From positions 97,154,001 to 97,218,000 of the forward strand of contig NC_090331.1 in NCBI RefSeq assembly GCF_035084215.1: 64,000 nucleotides of DNA, read 5' to 3'. The notes beneath the pieces were generated by a model. It was not told the DNA's origin, did not search any database, and worked only from the letters and a program-made list of their open reading frames with translations. The position numbers and the translations under genes are program-made. This document shows, piece after piece, positions 50,831-64,000 of this stretch. The first letter of the stretch is position 1; every line of letters starts with the position of its first letter. This stretch comes from Heptranchias perlo. Lineage: Eukaryota.

Positions 50831-52225
50831 TTTTTTTTATTCGTTCACGGGATGTGGGCGTCGCTGGCAAGGCCGGCATTTATTGCCCATCCCTAATTGC
50901 CCTTGAGAAGGTGGTGGTGAGCCGCCTTCTTGAACCGCTGCAGTCCGTGTGGTGACGGTTCTCCCACAGTGCTGTTAGGAAGGGAGTTCCAGGATTTTGA
51001 CCCAGCGACAATGAAGGAACGGCGATATATTTCCAAGTCGGGATGGTGTGTGACTTGGAGGGGAACGTGCAGGTGGTGTTGTTCCCATGCGCCTGCTGCC
51101 CTTGTCCATCTAGGTGGTAGAGGTCGCGGGTTTGGGAGGTGCTGTCGAAGAAGCCTTGGCGAGTTGCTGCAGTGCATCCTGTGGATGGTGCACACTGCAG
51201 CCACAGTGCGCCGGTGGTGAAGGGAGTGAATGTTTAGGGTGGTGGATGGGGTGCTAATCAAGCGGGCTGCTTTATCTTGGATGGTGTCGAGCTTCTTGAG
51301 TGTTGTTGGAGCTGCACTCATCCAGGCAAGTGGAGAGTATTCCATCACACTCCTGACTTGTGCCTTGTAGATGGTGGAAAGGCTTTGGGGAGTCAGGAGG
51401 CGAGTCACTCGCCGCAGAAAACCCAGCCTCTGACCTGCTCTCGTAGCCACAGTATTTATATGGCTGGTCCAGTTAAGTTTCTGGTCAATGGTGACCCCCA
51501 GGATGTTGATGGTGGGGGATTCGGCGATGGTAATGTCGTTGAATGTCAAGGGGAGGTGGTTAGACTCTCTCTTGTTGGAGATGGTCATTGCCTGGCACTT
51601 ATCTGGCGCGAATGTTACTTGCCACTTATGAGCCCAAGCCTGGATGTTGTCCAGGTCTTGCTGCATGCGGGCTCGGACTGCTTCATTATCTGAGGGGTTG
51701 CGAATGGAACTGAACACTGTGCAGTCATCAGCGAACATCCCCATTTCTGACCTTATGATGGAGGGAAGGTCATTGATGAAGCAGCTGAAGATGGTTGGGC
51801 CTAGGACACTGCCCTGAGGAACTCCTGCAGCAATGCCCTGGGGCTGAGATGCTTGGCCTCCAACAACCACTACCATCTTCCTTTGTGCTAGGTATGACTC
51901 CAGCCACTGGAGAGTTTTCCCCCTGATTCCCATTGACTTCAATTTTACTCGGGCTCCTTGGTGCCACACTCGGTCAAATGCTGCCTTGATGTCAAGGGCA
52001 GTCACTCTCACCTCACCTCTGGAATTCAGCTCTTTTGTCCATGTTTGGACCAAGGCTGTAATGAGGTCTGGAGCCGAGTGGTCCTGGCGGAACCCAAACT
52101 GAGCATCGGTGAGCAGGTTATTGGTGAGTCAGTGCTGCTTGATAGCACTGTCGACGACACCTTCCATCACTTTGCTGATGATTGAGAGTAGACTGATGGG
52201 GCGGTAATTGGCCGGATTGGATTTG
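50831..52225 (-). mobile_element. Young 5'-truncated non-LTR retrotransposon of a second CR1-group family (RT domain, A-tailed)
   Basis: Intact 386-aa ORF with [33 protein letters not shown] and FADD. Short 3'UTR with AATAAA and a poly(A) tail. Confidence 0.9.
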
Positions 52226-53519
52226 ACTGGAACCCATCTATGAGCCTGGAAGGCACCCATCTGAAACTGGGGAAGGAAAGAAATATTACCGGCTGAGCAT
52301 CACTCCGTGCTCAAAAAGCTGGGAAGTTTCTGCGGATAGGCAGCTCTGGATTGCCTCACAGATCAGACTAAAGGACTGGCTATGGAACTGTTCTGGGATA
52401 TAGGCAGCTACTCCCGTCGTCAAAGTGACCTGGGAATGAAGGCAACCCAAAATAATAGAACTCTATTGGACAGCAAATTCAATCATATTCAAAGAAAAGT
52501 AATAGATCTATTTAATCTTGCATATTATTTTCAGATAGAGCTAGCAGCATATCAAGCACTTTGAACAGAAAGCACGTTATTTTTGATTATTACATTTTAA
52601 CTTCACGATTAAATATTTCACTTTTTTTCCTATGCCTCTAGCATCCCACCATCCATTCTGGAGATGGGACCCACAACTTGAAACAGTGGCTTCCAATTCC
52701 CTGGCTGATTATTCACTGAAATCAAAGCTTAGGACATTGTAATGTGACCTGGTGATGTCATGGAAGCAACCAGATCAAATCAATGACTTAAGACAAGTTA
52801 TATAATTCCAAGCACAGTGGCATTCCTGGCACCTACAAGGGCCATCATTGGGAATTTGGGTGGACTACACAGCCCCATCCACTGGCAAACTAATACTATT
52901 TCCCAAGATTGACATAATAGGTGTGTCAATCATTACAGCAAAGTCAAGATGATGCAGGGAGACAAACTGGTCATATGAATTCTCCAAATCAAATTTATTA
53001 AAATAGTACCCTCAACAGTTAATAATTACATTTAGAACAAATGTGACATCAAGTTTTGGCCTTTATGCAATTTGTACTAAATATTTATATAACAAACCTC
53101 AGGACTTCTGACTGAGAATACATATTTTCAAAATTGTAAAACCAATAGTGTTGACTCCATGTTTCTGTGGAATAATTTATCACATTTTAATTAGATTTTT
53201 CTCCTGATTTATAATAATTTCATACTATCAAACTAATTGGACCAAATCTTATCAAAAGGCATCTTTCAAAGATTCATTTGATTACAGTAATCAAAGATGA
53301 CAAAAGATTATTTTAAATCTATTTTCCCCCAACTATGTTCCAAATACAAATTCAGCAACTTCCACTTTTAATGTAGAAAATATTCCACACGTATAATTTA
53401 TAGTACTAGTCAATGAGACAATTCTACACTGCAAATACTAAAGTAGGCAAACTGGGAGCCGCTGAGTAGAGATTTACTGCACTAAACCCTCAATTGTTTT
53501 TGTGTTTATATTCTATATT

Positions 53520-53695
53520 CCATAGAATCATAGCATGTTACAGCACAGGAGGCGGCCATTCGGCCCATCGTGCCTGGGCTGGCTCTTTGAAAGAGCTATC
53601 CAATTGGTGCCTTTCCCCACAGTCCTGTAAAATTTCCCTTTTCCAAGAGTTACTACTGAATCTGCTTCCACCGCCCCTTCAGGCAGCGCATTCAC
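53520..53695 (-). mobile_element. CR1 3'UTR fragment
   Basis: Reverse complement of the 3' end seen at 4000-4178 and 50520-50716. Confidence 0.75.
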
Positions 53696-53699
53696 GGCC

Positions 53700-54650
53700 A
53701 ATTTTCTCCTCTCCGCTGCTTGCTGGGGGTACAGTCCCACTGGTGCCTGGCGTGAGCGCCCAACTAACTCACAGTCAGCCTGGACTAAGGGGCGGGGGCG
53801 GGGGGGCATCGCAGCTCCAGTCCCTGGCTCAGTGACACAGGGCACAAGAGGGAGGGTCGCCCGATGGCTCAGCCACCTACTCACCGATGAGCGCTGACCG
53901 ATCCCTGCCGACGGAGGCTGGGCGGGAGAGTGAATAAACCTTCCCACGTGAGCCTGCCGAGCCAGGCCCCGCCCTCGGGGCTCTCTTCACCGCCTCGCGG
54001 GGAGGCGCGGGGGGGGGAACGGACGTGTCTCGCCCTCGGGCTCTTCACCACATAAACACTCCGAGACCTCAGTCTCCCCACAAAAAAAAAACCCCGACTT
54101 TTCACATTAAAAGAAAAGTTCCGGCTACAGAACGAAAATATCCGCGACTTTTCCACACTTTATATATATTTAAAAAATTAAACACACTTCGATGTTTCCG
54201 TGACTGGAGAAATGGCGCCTGTTGTTTTGCGAGAAGCTTCGCTGTCTGCCTCCCTCACTGAGTGACGGATCAGCGACCGACTGCCTCCCGCTCGCTCCCA
54301 CTCTGACTGTTGTTGTTGTTGTCGTCGTCGTCGTCCTCGCTTCCCCTCTGTCATCATCACAGCGGGGGCGGGACAAACGGGTCACCCAGCAACGCACTTC
54401 TGATTGACGTTCCGCGCTAGCCAACCGCGCACTCCCCGCCCCCCCCCCCCGTCACTTTCACGAACTGCCCAATCGTCACGGCGCGGCTGGGAAGGGGGGG
54501 GGGGGGGGCGGAACGGAACGTCAAACCTGCCAATCACCGCCGACTCCCGCCCTCTGCCCACGCCCACAGGAGCAGCGTATGTGTAATCAGCCCCGCCCCT
54601 CCAGCTGTGATTGACAGGCCGTCACTCACCTGTTCAGCACTGAACTCTCT
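53700..54650 (-). promoter_or_regulatory. KANSL1L: CpG-island promoter and non-coding first exon region of KANSL1L
   Basis: Sharp rise in GC and CpG content. Several GC boxes (GGGGCGGG near 53790 and 54365, CCCCGCCCC near 54590), CCAAT boxes (near 54469 and 54529), a YY1-like AAATGGCG (near 54210) and an E-box CACGTG (near 53945). Candidate minus-strand donors CG|GTGAGT (53885/53884) and CA|GTGAGG (54259/54258). Lies about 4 kb upstream of exon 2. Confidence 0.8.
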
Positions 54651-56242
54651 TTCAAAAGTGGTGCAAGGATCTCATTTCGATTTAATGAAATATGGGTTGA
54701 AACTCCCACATTGTGGATTTGTTCTGGGTTTTTCAGACGAAGTTGGGCTTCCCCAGCATCTGTTCAGGTAAAACTGGCAAACGCTGTTGGAAATGTGAAT
54801 AAATCGATTCCAAAACTAGACATTTTCTACCACCTGACACACAGCATACGCTAAATGCAAACTATTTAAATAAAATGTTAACCATTAGAAATAAATGTAT
54901 ACATTTTTTAAAAAAACTAACAAAATATGACAATTTACAATTGCAATTAAATCCTACTTTAATTTTAGGATACAAAAATCAGCAGTAATTCTATTTAATA
55001 CTTTCGTTTTAATTTTCATTGTGCTTGCGAAATATGTATTTTCCCATCAATTTAAAACATACAAAGATTCTGAACAGCGCCAATTCCTTCATTAGAATTG
55101 TTTTTTTTGGCATGAGAACTTTGTTACATTTTTAGTGCGTGAAACAGCAGCGCACCTGCTTGTATCTAGTTTTATTACAACATAAAAAAATAAATCCTAC
55201 AACCTAATTACAATGAAAAATCCGACGGAGAGCCATTAAGTTTTAAAAGAGTTAGTGCATAAACACTCCATTTACAATCACATTGGCTCCGTGTTGAGAT
55301 TGATCGGTCTTAGATTCAGGTATACAAGGTACATTGTAAATTGTGGAGCTTTGGCACCATTAAAACTCACTCTAATAAATGGATCACTTTCTCCAAAAAA
55401 TCAAACCCGTTTTAAACTATTTTTCCACTGAAAAGGAATGTGAATTTCAGTAGAAACTAAACAAATCCTTTAAAAAAAACTAATTTGTGCTAAATATTAT
55501 CGAAGTTTATGTCTCATTAAGAAAAAAGTTAAAAAACTATCAGGGACAAATCATTAATGAGCACTGGCAAACGTAAGAGTTTTACTTTACTCATTTAATT
55601 TCTCCTCTTGGCTGTTCTGAGGCGTCCCTGGGCAGTGAAATGTGGCTCAATTGATAACTAACGGATTTCTGTGGATTCCGTTAAAGAATAGGACATAAAA
55701 CCTAATCGTTCTTTAAAATCCGTTCAAATTATTCGTTCCACCGCCTGGTTCTGATCAGATCTCAGCAGCAGATCAAAACTTAAATGAACCGGAAAATAAA
55801 CGGATCCAAATCAACAGGAATATTTTTTCAGCCAGCAAATGTTTCGCCACATTGTGTGATGGTGACCTTCCTACACACACATAATGGCACCCCGCCCTCT
55901 TCAACAAGAGGACTGGATCCCGCTTTATCTAATGAGTCCAAGTGTCAGGGAATGAAAATCATGAAACACACAAGGGGGAAAGGTAAGAGGTGCAAATCAT
56001 CCATTAGTGGCTGGAAACTGGGATTATTAATGCACAACCCCCCTCGACATCACCCACTCCCTCACCCGGGTGGCCCTGGAGAGGGATCACATGCATGCTT
56101 GAGGCCTTCTTCAACCAGCGGGCACCTCAGGTGTTAACTGTCATTGAACATGAGAACGAGATTTTTATTTTGTTCTATTTTGCACATCATTCAGTTTAAT
56201 TAAGTGATCTACAAGAGTGTTTTTTAGTGGTGCCCTCCTCAG

Positions 56243-57329
56243 AGTCAATGGGAATCAGGGGGAAAACTCCCCAGTGGCTGGAGTCATACCTAACCCAAAG
56301 GAAGATGGTAGTGGTTGTTGGAAGCCAATCATCTCAGCCCCAGGACATTGCTGCAGGAGTTCCTCAAGGCAGTGTCCTAGGCCCAACCATCTTCAGCTGC
56401 TTCATCAATGACCTTCCCTCCATCATAAGGTCAGAAATGGGGATGTTCGCTAATGATTGCACAGTGTTCAGTTCCATTCGCAACCCCTCAAATAATGAAG
56501 CAGTCCGAGCCCGCATGCAGCAAGACCTGGACAACATCCAGGCTTGGGCTCATAAGTGGCAAGTAACATTCGCGCCAGATAAGTGCCAGGCAATGACCAT
56601 CTCCAATAAGAGAGAGTCTAACCATCTCCCCTTGACATTCAACGGCATTACCATCGCCGAATCCCCCACCATCAACATCCTGGGGGTCACCATTGACCAG
56701 AAACTTAACTGGACCAGCCATATAAATACTGTGGCTACAAGAGCAGGTCAGAGGCTGGATATTCTGTGGCGAGTGACTCACCTCCTGACTCCTCAAAGCC
56801 TTTCCACCATCTACAAGGCACAAGTCAGGAGTGTGATGGAATACTCTCCACTTGCTTGGATGAGTGCAGCTCCAACAACACTCAAGAAGCTCGACACCAT
56901 CCAAGATAAAGCCCGCTTGATTAGCACCCCATCCACCACCCTAAACATTCACTCCCTTCACCGGCGCACTGTGGCTGCAGTGTGTACCATCCACAGGATG
57001 TACTGCAGCAACTTGCCAAGGCTTCTTCGACAGCACCTCCCAAACCCGCAACCTCTACCACCTAGAAGGACAAGAGCAGCAGGCACATGGGAACAACACC
57101 ACCTGTACGTTCCCCTCCAAGTCACACACCATCCCGACTTGGAAATATATCGCCGTTCCTTCATCATCGCTGGGTCAAAATCCTGGAACTCCCTTCCTAA
57201 CAGCACTGTGGGAGAACTGCAGCGGTTCAAGAAGGCGGCTCACCACCATCTTCTCAAGGGCAATTAGGGATGGGCAATAAATGCTGGCCTCGCCAGCGAC
57301 GCCCACATCCCTGAACGAATAAAAAAAAG
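56243..57329 (+). mobile_element. Second copy of the same young LINE family, inverted relative to 50831-52225
   Basis: 346-aa ORF nearly identical to the C-terminal part of the 386-aa ORF, with the same 3'UTR and A tail. Confidence 0.9.
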
Positions 57330-58727
57330 ATTGAGGGGGCACGTGTAATACTATTTTCTGTACTGGCGACACTGGGTTACCCAGTGTCACCCTTTTTGGT
57401 CCAATTAAAATATTCCCATCTGTTCAAATCACAGGTAGCTTTTAGCCCTACACTCCACACCTCTTTGCCATGCTATCTCCCAATCTGCAAAAAGCCTCTT
57501 CTAAACTTATCTCTTTGGTCCTGCCATTCATCACCTCCGTTAACTTTCTCTTTACCTCCTGCCCTGCATCACCTTCCCCCCTGGACCATCCCAAGTTACA
57601 TGATGTGAAAGATGCTACATGAAAGTTAGTGGTTGTTATAAGTGAGATTGTTTTCATTGTTCCTTCAGCAACAATTACTGATACTGTTGTTTCTATTACC
57701 AATCTGCTAATAAAAAAACTTTGATTTAGTTGAAGCAGAGTCCAATTCACTAACTTGAAGCCTGTGCAGATGTGGCTGTAGCTTCTGTCAGATGCTGACT
57801 GACGTGCAGTGTATTTCCAGGATTTGCAGTCTTTTCTTTCAATTTACTGTAAAATTAGCACTTTCTAGTGTTATACAGCTCAAAATGTTCTCTCCAGATA
57901 CAATTCAAGGCTGGAAAGAATCTAAAATTGTATCGCTGGCCATTTTCACAGTTTGGGACAATGTTTGAAGATTTCGCCCACCATTACACTTCACTGAAAT
58001 CTGCCCAGGACTCGAGCACAAAATCTAGGCCAACACTCCACTGCTACTATCAATGAGATGTTACAATGAGGTCCGATCTGCCTGTTCCTGGTTCAAGTGG
58101 ATGTTAAATGGCACCGTTCAAAGAAAAGCAGGGAGTTCTCCCGATACATTGTCACCATTCCTCCCTCAAACACCACCACCAAAAAACAGATTCACTGGAC
58201 ATTGGTCCAGTTACTGTTTGTGGAATCTTGCTTAGTTGTCATGTCTGCCCACGCAACAACAGTCTCTACACTTCAAAGTAATTCATTTATGTGAAGCACT
58301 TTGGAACATTTGAGACATGATATGGTGCAATATAAATGCATTTTTTAAAAACCGATAACACAATCAATTCAAGCTACAAATATTAAGCTTTTAAAAAGCA
58401 ACCTATAAATATTAACATATGTATAATTACAATAACACTCAATGTCATAGGTACTTACGACTAGCCTTTTGTGATAGTAAATTCTATATTCCTACTGTCG
58501 GAGTGACTTCACACACTGCAATGTTTTTATTATGTACCTGAGAAAAACAGTGCGTCAAACCACAAGACTGTGAAATTCAATATGTAAATTCCACAATGTT
58601 AAATTACCAAATGATCAGACAGCAATAATAAATATCCTCCATGTTTGTAAAGAACATCTTAAATCAAAGTAATGGCTACGATTTATTGCAAAACTTACAA
58701 GGTTCTGATATTTGTATTGAGGCTGGA

Positions 58728-58918
58728 AATATTATAGCACATAATTTTATAAACATTTTCAATTCTTTTCATCTTGGAGGCTGCGATGTGGTGCAATATA
58801 ACTGGGTACAACAGCCCAGCAATATAGTAATGAGGGAAGGGACAAATGTCTCAAGACCATAGCAGCCTCCAAGATGAAAAGAATTGAAAGTGTTTATAAA
58901 ATTATGTGCTATAATATT
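58728..58918. repeat. 61-bp inverted repeat (2 mismatches) with a 69-bp spacer
   Basis: 58728-58788 against the reverse complement of 58858-58918. Confidence 0.9.
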
Positions 58919-60177
58919 CAAAACAGAAAAACTTATTTCATTTAGGTTGTGACAACCAGATTTAGATTCTTCAAATAGAACAATTTTTACTTCCACTCCC
59001 AACACTCCCAAATTTAATCCACTTTTGTTACTGGGCAGTAGTCTGAATGTGTTGCACAGACTGAATAACGTGTGTTATTTGGGATCACATTCCCAATGCA
59101 GTTACCCGATGTGAAATCTGAAAATTATGCATTCCTGTGTAAACGTTCCGCTTCTCAGAAAAACAAGGAAGTGGAAGTGTCAGTGGGTCTTTAATCTGAA
59201 GAGATGGTGAGGCAGGAATGGAATATCAGGGAGGGGTGGGAAAGCAGCTGTGTCGTAAAAGGGAAAGGAAAGAAATGCTGGGTACAACAGCCCAGCAATA
59301 TAGTGATGAGGGAAGGGACAAATGTCTTGAGACCAGAAAGGGGGAGCCACTAAACTTTTATTTTAAAGATTAATACTAAAGGCTTTAACGCTAAAGAGAT
59401 GAAGTAAGCCAGCCAAGCTAACTCCTGTAGAAAGGTTCCAAGACAAGGGCTATCCTCTGGTAGGAAAGATGGTCCTGCTGAAGAGAGTAGCAACTATAAA
59501 GCAAACAGTGAAAGCGAGGCATCCCAATGGCACAGTATATTGGTGTACAAGGACACTGAGTAAAAAGATGCGGATCACAACCACGATTTCTCATGTGGTT
59601 TGCTCCTGGTGTTGGCCAAGTGCCAAAAAGATAATGGAATTTAAGAGCTATTTTGATCCTCTAGTTGCTCAGTCAAATTAAGGCAAAGACTCAAGTCAGT
59701 CGAGTGGAGCCCCTTGGAACATATCCATTAATTCTTCAGTCAGTTTCAGATCATAAATTAGGAACAACCTAAACTGATATAATCTTTTCAAGTAAGAAAT
59801 ACAATAAATAACCATTGTAACTGCCCTGTGTGTTTTCAGCCTGCTTGTCTAGATGCAGGTTATAATAGATTGGTTTGATAAATTTTGCTTCTTACACAAA
59901 TTTTAATTTGGAGAAATCAAGATCATTTGTTCGCTCATGGCTGTAGCGATAGTTCTGGCTGCTGATGGCTCTATTTGATCCAGCGAGGTCGCATGAGTTC
60001 AAATTACACTGTGTTCAGAACCAACACCATTTTTAACCGTAGTGGGTTATTTTTGTGATATACCCTGGAGTAATTTAGCCAATCAGCAATAACCATGATA
60101 CATTACAATTTAAAAAAATTCATTCTTGGTATGTGTACGTCGCTGGCAAGGCCGGCATTTATTGCCTATCCCTATTT

Positions 60178-60557
60178 AGGAACATATGAAATAGGAGCAG
60201 GAGTTCGCCATGTGGCCCCCACGAGCCTGCTCTGCCATTCAATCAGATCATGGCTGATCTTCGACCATGATCATGACTTTCCCGCCCAATCCCCAAATCC
60301 CTTGATTCCCCTGGAGTCCAAAAATCTATCTATCGCAGCTTTGAATGTACTCAACGACTGAGCATCCACAGCCCTCTGGGGTAGAGAATTCCAAAGATTC
60401 ACAACCCTCTGAGTGAAGAAATTTCTCCTCATCTCAGTCTTGAATGGCCGACCCCTTATCCTGCGACTATGCCCTCTAGTTCTAGACTCTCCAGCCAGAG
60501 GAAACAACCTTTCAGCATCTACCACGTCAAGCCGCCTCAGAATCTTATACGTTTCAA
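60178..60557 (-). mobile_element. CR1 3' end inserted in a fragment of the second LINE family (60115-60177 and about 60565-60590)
   Basis: ERLFPLAGESRTRGHS...FFTQRVVNLWNSLP. The flanks match the second family's 3'UTR. Confidence 0.8.
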
Positions 60558-60619
60558 AGAAATTAGTCGTCCTGAAGGTGGTGGTGGGTGGTCTTAGCTG
60601 TTTGATACAAATTAGGTTT

Positions 60620-60805
60620 TTTTAAAAATTCGTTCATGGGATGTGGGTGTTGCTGGCGAGGCCGGCCTTTATTGCCCATCCCTAATTGCCCTTGAGAAGG
60701 TGGTGGTGAGCCGCCTTCTTGAACCGCTGCAGTCCGTGTGGTGAAGGTTCTCCCACAGTGCTGTTAGGTAGGGAGTTCCAGGATTTTGACCCAGCGATGA
60801 TGAAG
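60620..60805 (-). mobile_element. 3' end of the second LINE family
   Basis: FIIAGSKSWNSLPNSTVGEPSPHGLQRFKKAAHHHLLKGN plus 3'UTR. Confidence 0.85.
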
Positions 60806-63514
60806 TGATTTGCTGGGCTACTTCGAGGGCTGTTAAGAGTCAACCACGTCAATGTGGAACTGGAGTCACGTGTGGGACAGACCAGATAAGGACATAAGTT
60901 TTTTTCCCTAAAGGACATTAGTGAGCCGGATGGGTTTTTAATACAATCCAATCACTTCATGGTCACTTTTATTGATAGCAGCTTTTTATTTCCATTTTTT
61001 AAAAAATTGAATTTAAATTCCTAAACTGCTGGTGGGATTTGAACTTGCGTTCTCTGAATTATTAGCCCAGGCCTCTGGATGACATATCTAGTAACATAGC
61101 CACTGCACTACAGTATCCTATTTAACATTAGTAGATATAGTTTATGTAATTACTTTACCACATATGTTGGTTTCTCATTTTCTTTTGTTTTCCTTTCGCT
61201 GGGAATTCATGCCAAGTCGGTCTGAGTTTTTAAAAAACACACACAATCGTCTGTGGGTCTGTCACCTCAGTACAGAAACAGCCAGTGACATTTGTCTGTG
61301 TTGAAGTTTGTTATTCTGTGACAGCTGAGCTCTACAGAATCCAGAAGTTTGTAGTTCATACCATGAAGGTTTTCATAAGCATCATGTCTGCCTCCATCTC
61401 ACCAGGAATTATTACCTTTAAAAAAACCCTTGCACACAAGTCCTATCATCATCAAAAGCCAGTCTACATGCTTCTTTTTGCCTCACCAATTTTCTTCATT
61501 TGCTGGTTCCAGGGGCACTAGTTATCCTCCAGTCACTTGCCCAAGAGGCTGAGTATTTAAGTATGAGTGAGTATTGACAGGTTCTCAGACCACAGGGTCA
61601 TCACAGACAAGTCTGATCCTGTCCTCCTCCAACATCGAACACACGCATTTCCGGCAGGGAGTCACTGCATAGCAAAAAGCAACAGGAAGTCTGGCTGATT
61701 TTTCCCTCGACAACCAAGGGCACTAAGGCCAACTGTAATGTTATTAACTTCCCACCAGCTAATTCAGTGCAGATTGTGGGCCTAAAAACTTTAAAAGCGT
61801 TTTATTTTATAACACAAACATCACTTAAACTTAATCTTCCCTCTACACATGATATAAAGTCGATGGAATAAACTATTTCATAAGCAATGTTTACAACTCA
61901 CTTTGCTTCCTCCAGACAGCAATTCAGTTAGTCCCCCAATAAACCAATCATGCATTCCACATTTAAACTGATTAAATTACTTTCAATGAGTACAGTTTAA
62001 ATGACCCAATTCCAGATCAGAATGTTAATCTATCGGCAGCCTTGTTTATTGATTGAGAAGGAAAATTTCATCTTGGAATTGGAACACCATTGCAGAATTG
62101 GTTTCTGCTTTTAATGGTTCATTAAATGTTGTGTTTCTGAACATGTACTTATGGGAATTAAAACAGGTTGTATGGCCATCTTAAAAATTCTCCTTCATGT
62201 AATTTAATCCCCAAATCAGTGTTAGGTGACTAGAACCTTTATGTAGTCTCAACCTCTAATCTTTTCCATCTGGAATCCTGTGCAGACTAAACATCGGCAT
62301 TCCTTTTAATCCGGCCAAACGCAAAGACTATAAATTTACAGTAAACAGAATAGAAGGCACTACTACATAGTAATAAATGTTTATTGAAATCTCAAAGTAA
62401 ATATATCATTGAATATAAAAATCAGTTTGATCAAATATATGAATTCAAGAATTCTTTTTACAGCAGCTGGAAATTGAGAACAATGTCCCTGACATTCAAG
62501 AATTCTGTCACATTGCAATTAGTCTGCGTGGAAGAGCAAATGTGTCCCATAGGAAAGGAACAGACCATCAGCATTTTGGGAAATTAGATTTTTTTTTGTC
62601 AATTTTCTTTCTTTTTGCCTCCTCCGAGCTACAGTTCAACAGGTGCTGCTCACCATCCAGTAACTCACCTCACATGGCCATTCTCCTTCTATGAGTCTAG
62701 GCAGTGAGTGTCAGCAGGCTATCCCACATGGAGGGCACAAGAACAGAGGTCCACGCACTCACTCACAGACGCACTCACTCACTCTTTCCAGCACGGGTCA
62801 CTGGATAGCAATCAGGAGCAAGACCCTGGCTGATTTCTCCCTTTTAGATTAGGTGCACTTTAACTTAACCCCCCATATTTCCACTCCAACGAGGCAAAGA
62901 CTAAGAATTAAACTAGGACTGTACACCTTACTTGGCTCAAGTCAGCTACTGAGGGAGCTTTCAAATTTCAACAGTCTACATAGACTGTTTGTTTAATCAT
63001 AGCATGCCTGCATGAGCACTCAGTTCAACTCAGTCACAAGGTTGAGCTGAGCCCAAGTTATCATGCTGCATGTTTAAGAAAACAATCCATGCCAAATTTG
63101 AAAAACTACTGTTTCATTCTGTTACAGTTCTATCAGAACAGTGTCCATTAGCACAGTGTCATTAAAATGAATGTGCACACAAACGTACACAGAAATATAA
63201 AACTCAGAAAAGAAACTTCAATGGGTCAGTGTTAACAAGTTCCAGCTTTCTTCAACATTAATACATCATTTAGTTTGGCTGCTTTAACAGTTCAGCCAGA
63301 AAGGTAAAAGAAACACTCCATCTTGGTTCAGTGCCTCAACAATAAAACACAAATGCTTAGACAGGCTTTACCAAGCAGAACATCTCGCAGTTGGCTCTTG
63401 AAACCATCAACAAGTCTGGCTGTTGCTATCACAGTTCCACAAACAGCAAGTAAACAAAAAGTACATGGGATGGTGTACATCTAAGGCACATAATAGTGAT
63501 TCTGCATTCAAATC

Positions 63515-64000
63515 CGGACACGTGGCACATGAAATTTAACACAGTGATACATTTCAGTAGGAAGAATGAGGCGAGGCAATATAAACTAGAGGGCACAATT
63601 CTAAAAGGGTACAGGAACAGAGAGATCTGGGGGTTTATGCACAAATCGTTGAAAGTGGCAGGGCAGGTTGAGAAAGCAGTTGAAAAAACTTTCCCTGATC
63701 CTGGGCTTTATAAATAGAAGCATAGAGTACAAAAGCAAGGAAGTTATGATGAAACTTCATAAAACATTGGTTTGACCACAACTGGAGTATTGTGTTCAGT
63801 TCTGGGCACCACACTTTAGGAAAGATGTGAAGGCCTTAGAGAGGGTGCAGAAAAGATTTACTAGAATGATTCCAGGGATGAGGGACTTTAGATATATGGA
63901 CAGACTAGAGGAGCTGGGGTTGTTCTCCTTGGAACAGAGAAGGTTGAGAGGACCTCTCAACCTCTCAATCATGAGGGGTCTAGACAGAGTAGATAGAGAG
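63515..64000 (+). mobile_element. CR1 fragment running off the window
   Basis: WHMKFN, KSLKVAGQVEKAV and GAGTATTGTGTTCAGTTCTGGGCACCAC motifs. Confidence 0.85.

Noticed and set aside
54690-55850. AT-rich block next to the promoter as a MITE
   Set aside because: The putative TIRs are too weak and no TSD was found.
55000-64000. 3' exons of a syntenic neighbour (ACADL lies upstream of KANSL1L in human)
   Set aside because: I found no acyl-CoA dehydrogenase C-terminal motif by eye.

Overview
This is vertebrate genomic DNA. The CR1/L2/DeuSINE/LF-SINE/Penelope repeat repertoire points to a cartilaginous fish, probably a shark (inference). The window holds the 5' half of one minus-strand gene, KANSL1L: a CpG-island promoter at about 53.7-54.65 kb, a large first coding exon (49707-48518) and four further coding exons that I spliced by hand with consistent phases (27578-27437, 24696-24499, 23798-23686, 18690-18501). 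The remaining exons are presumably left of the window. Most of the rest is transposon-derived: many truncated or nested CR1 and L2 LINEs, a second young CR1-group LINE family, SINEs and Harbinger-like MITEs, one carrying a 1.5-kb C-rich minisatellite. The most notable signal is a young Penelope-like element with an intact GIY-YIG domain, plus two tiny solo copies of its terminal repeat with target-site duplications. All three carry a minimal hammerhead ribozyme whose stem II shows a compensatory base-pair change between copies, and older fold-back elements carry decayed versions of the same core. Also noted: two hairpins whose loops are copied from nearby DNA, a possible Harbinger Myb-gene relic, and inverted LINE pairs around the promoter and exon 3. 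All family assignments come from recall of known sequences; no searches were run.
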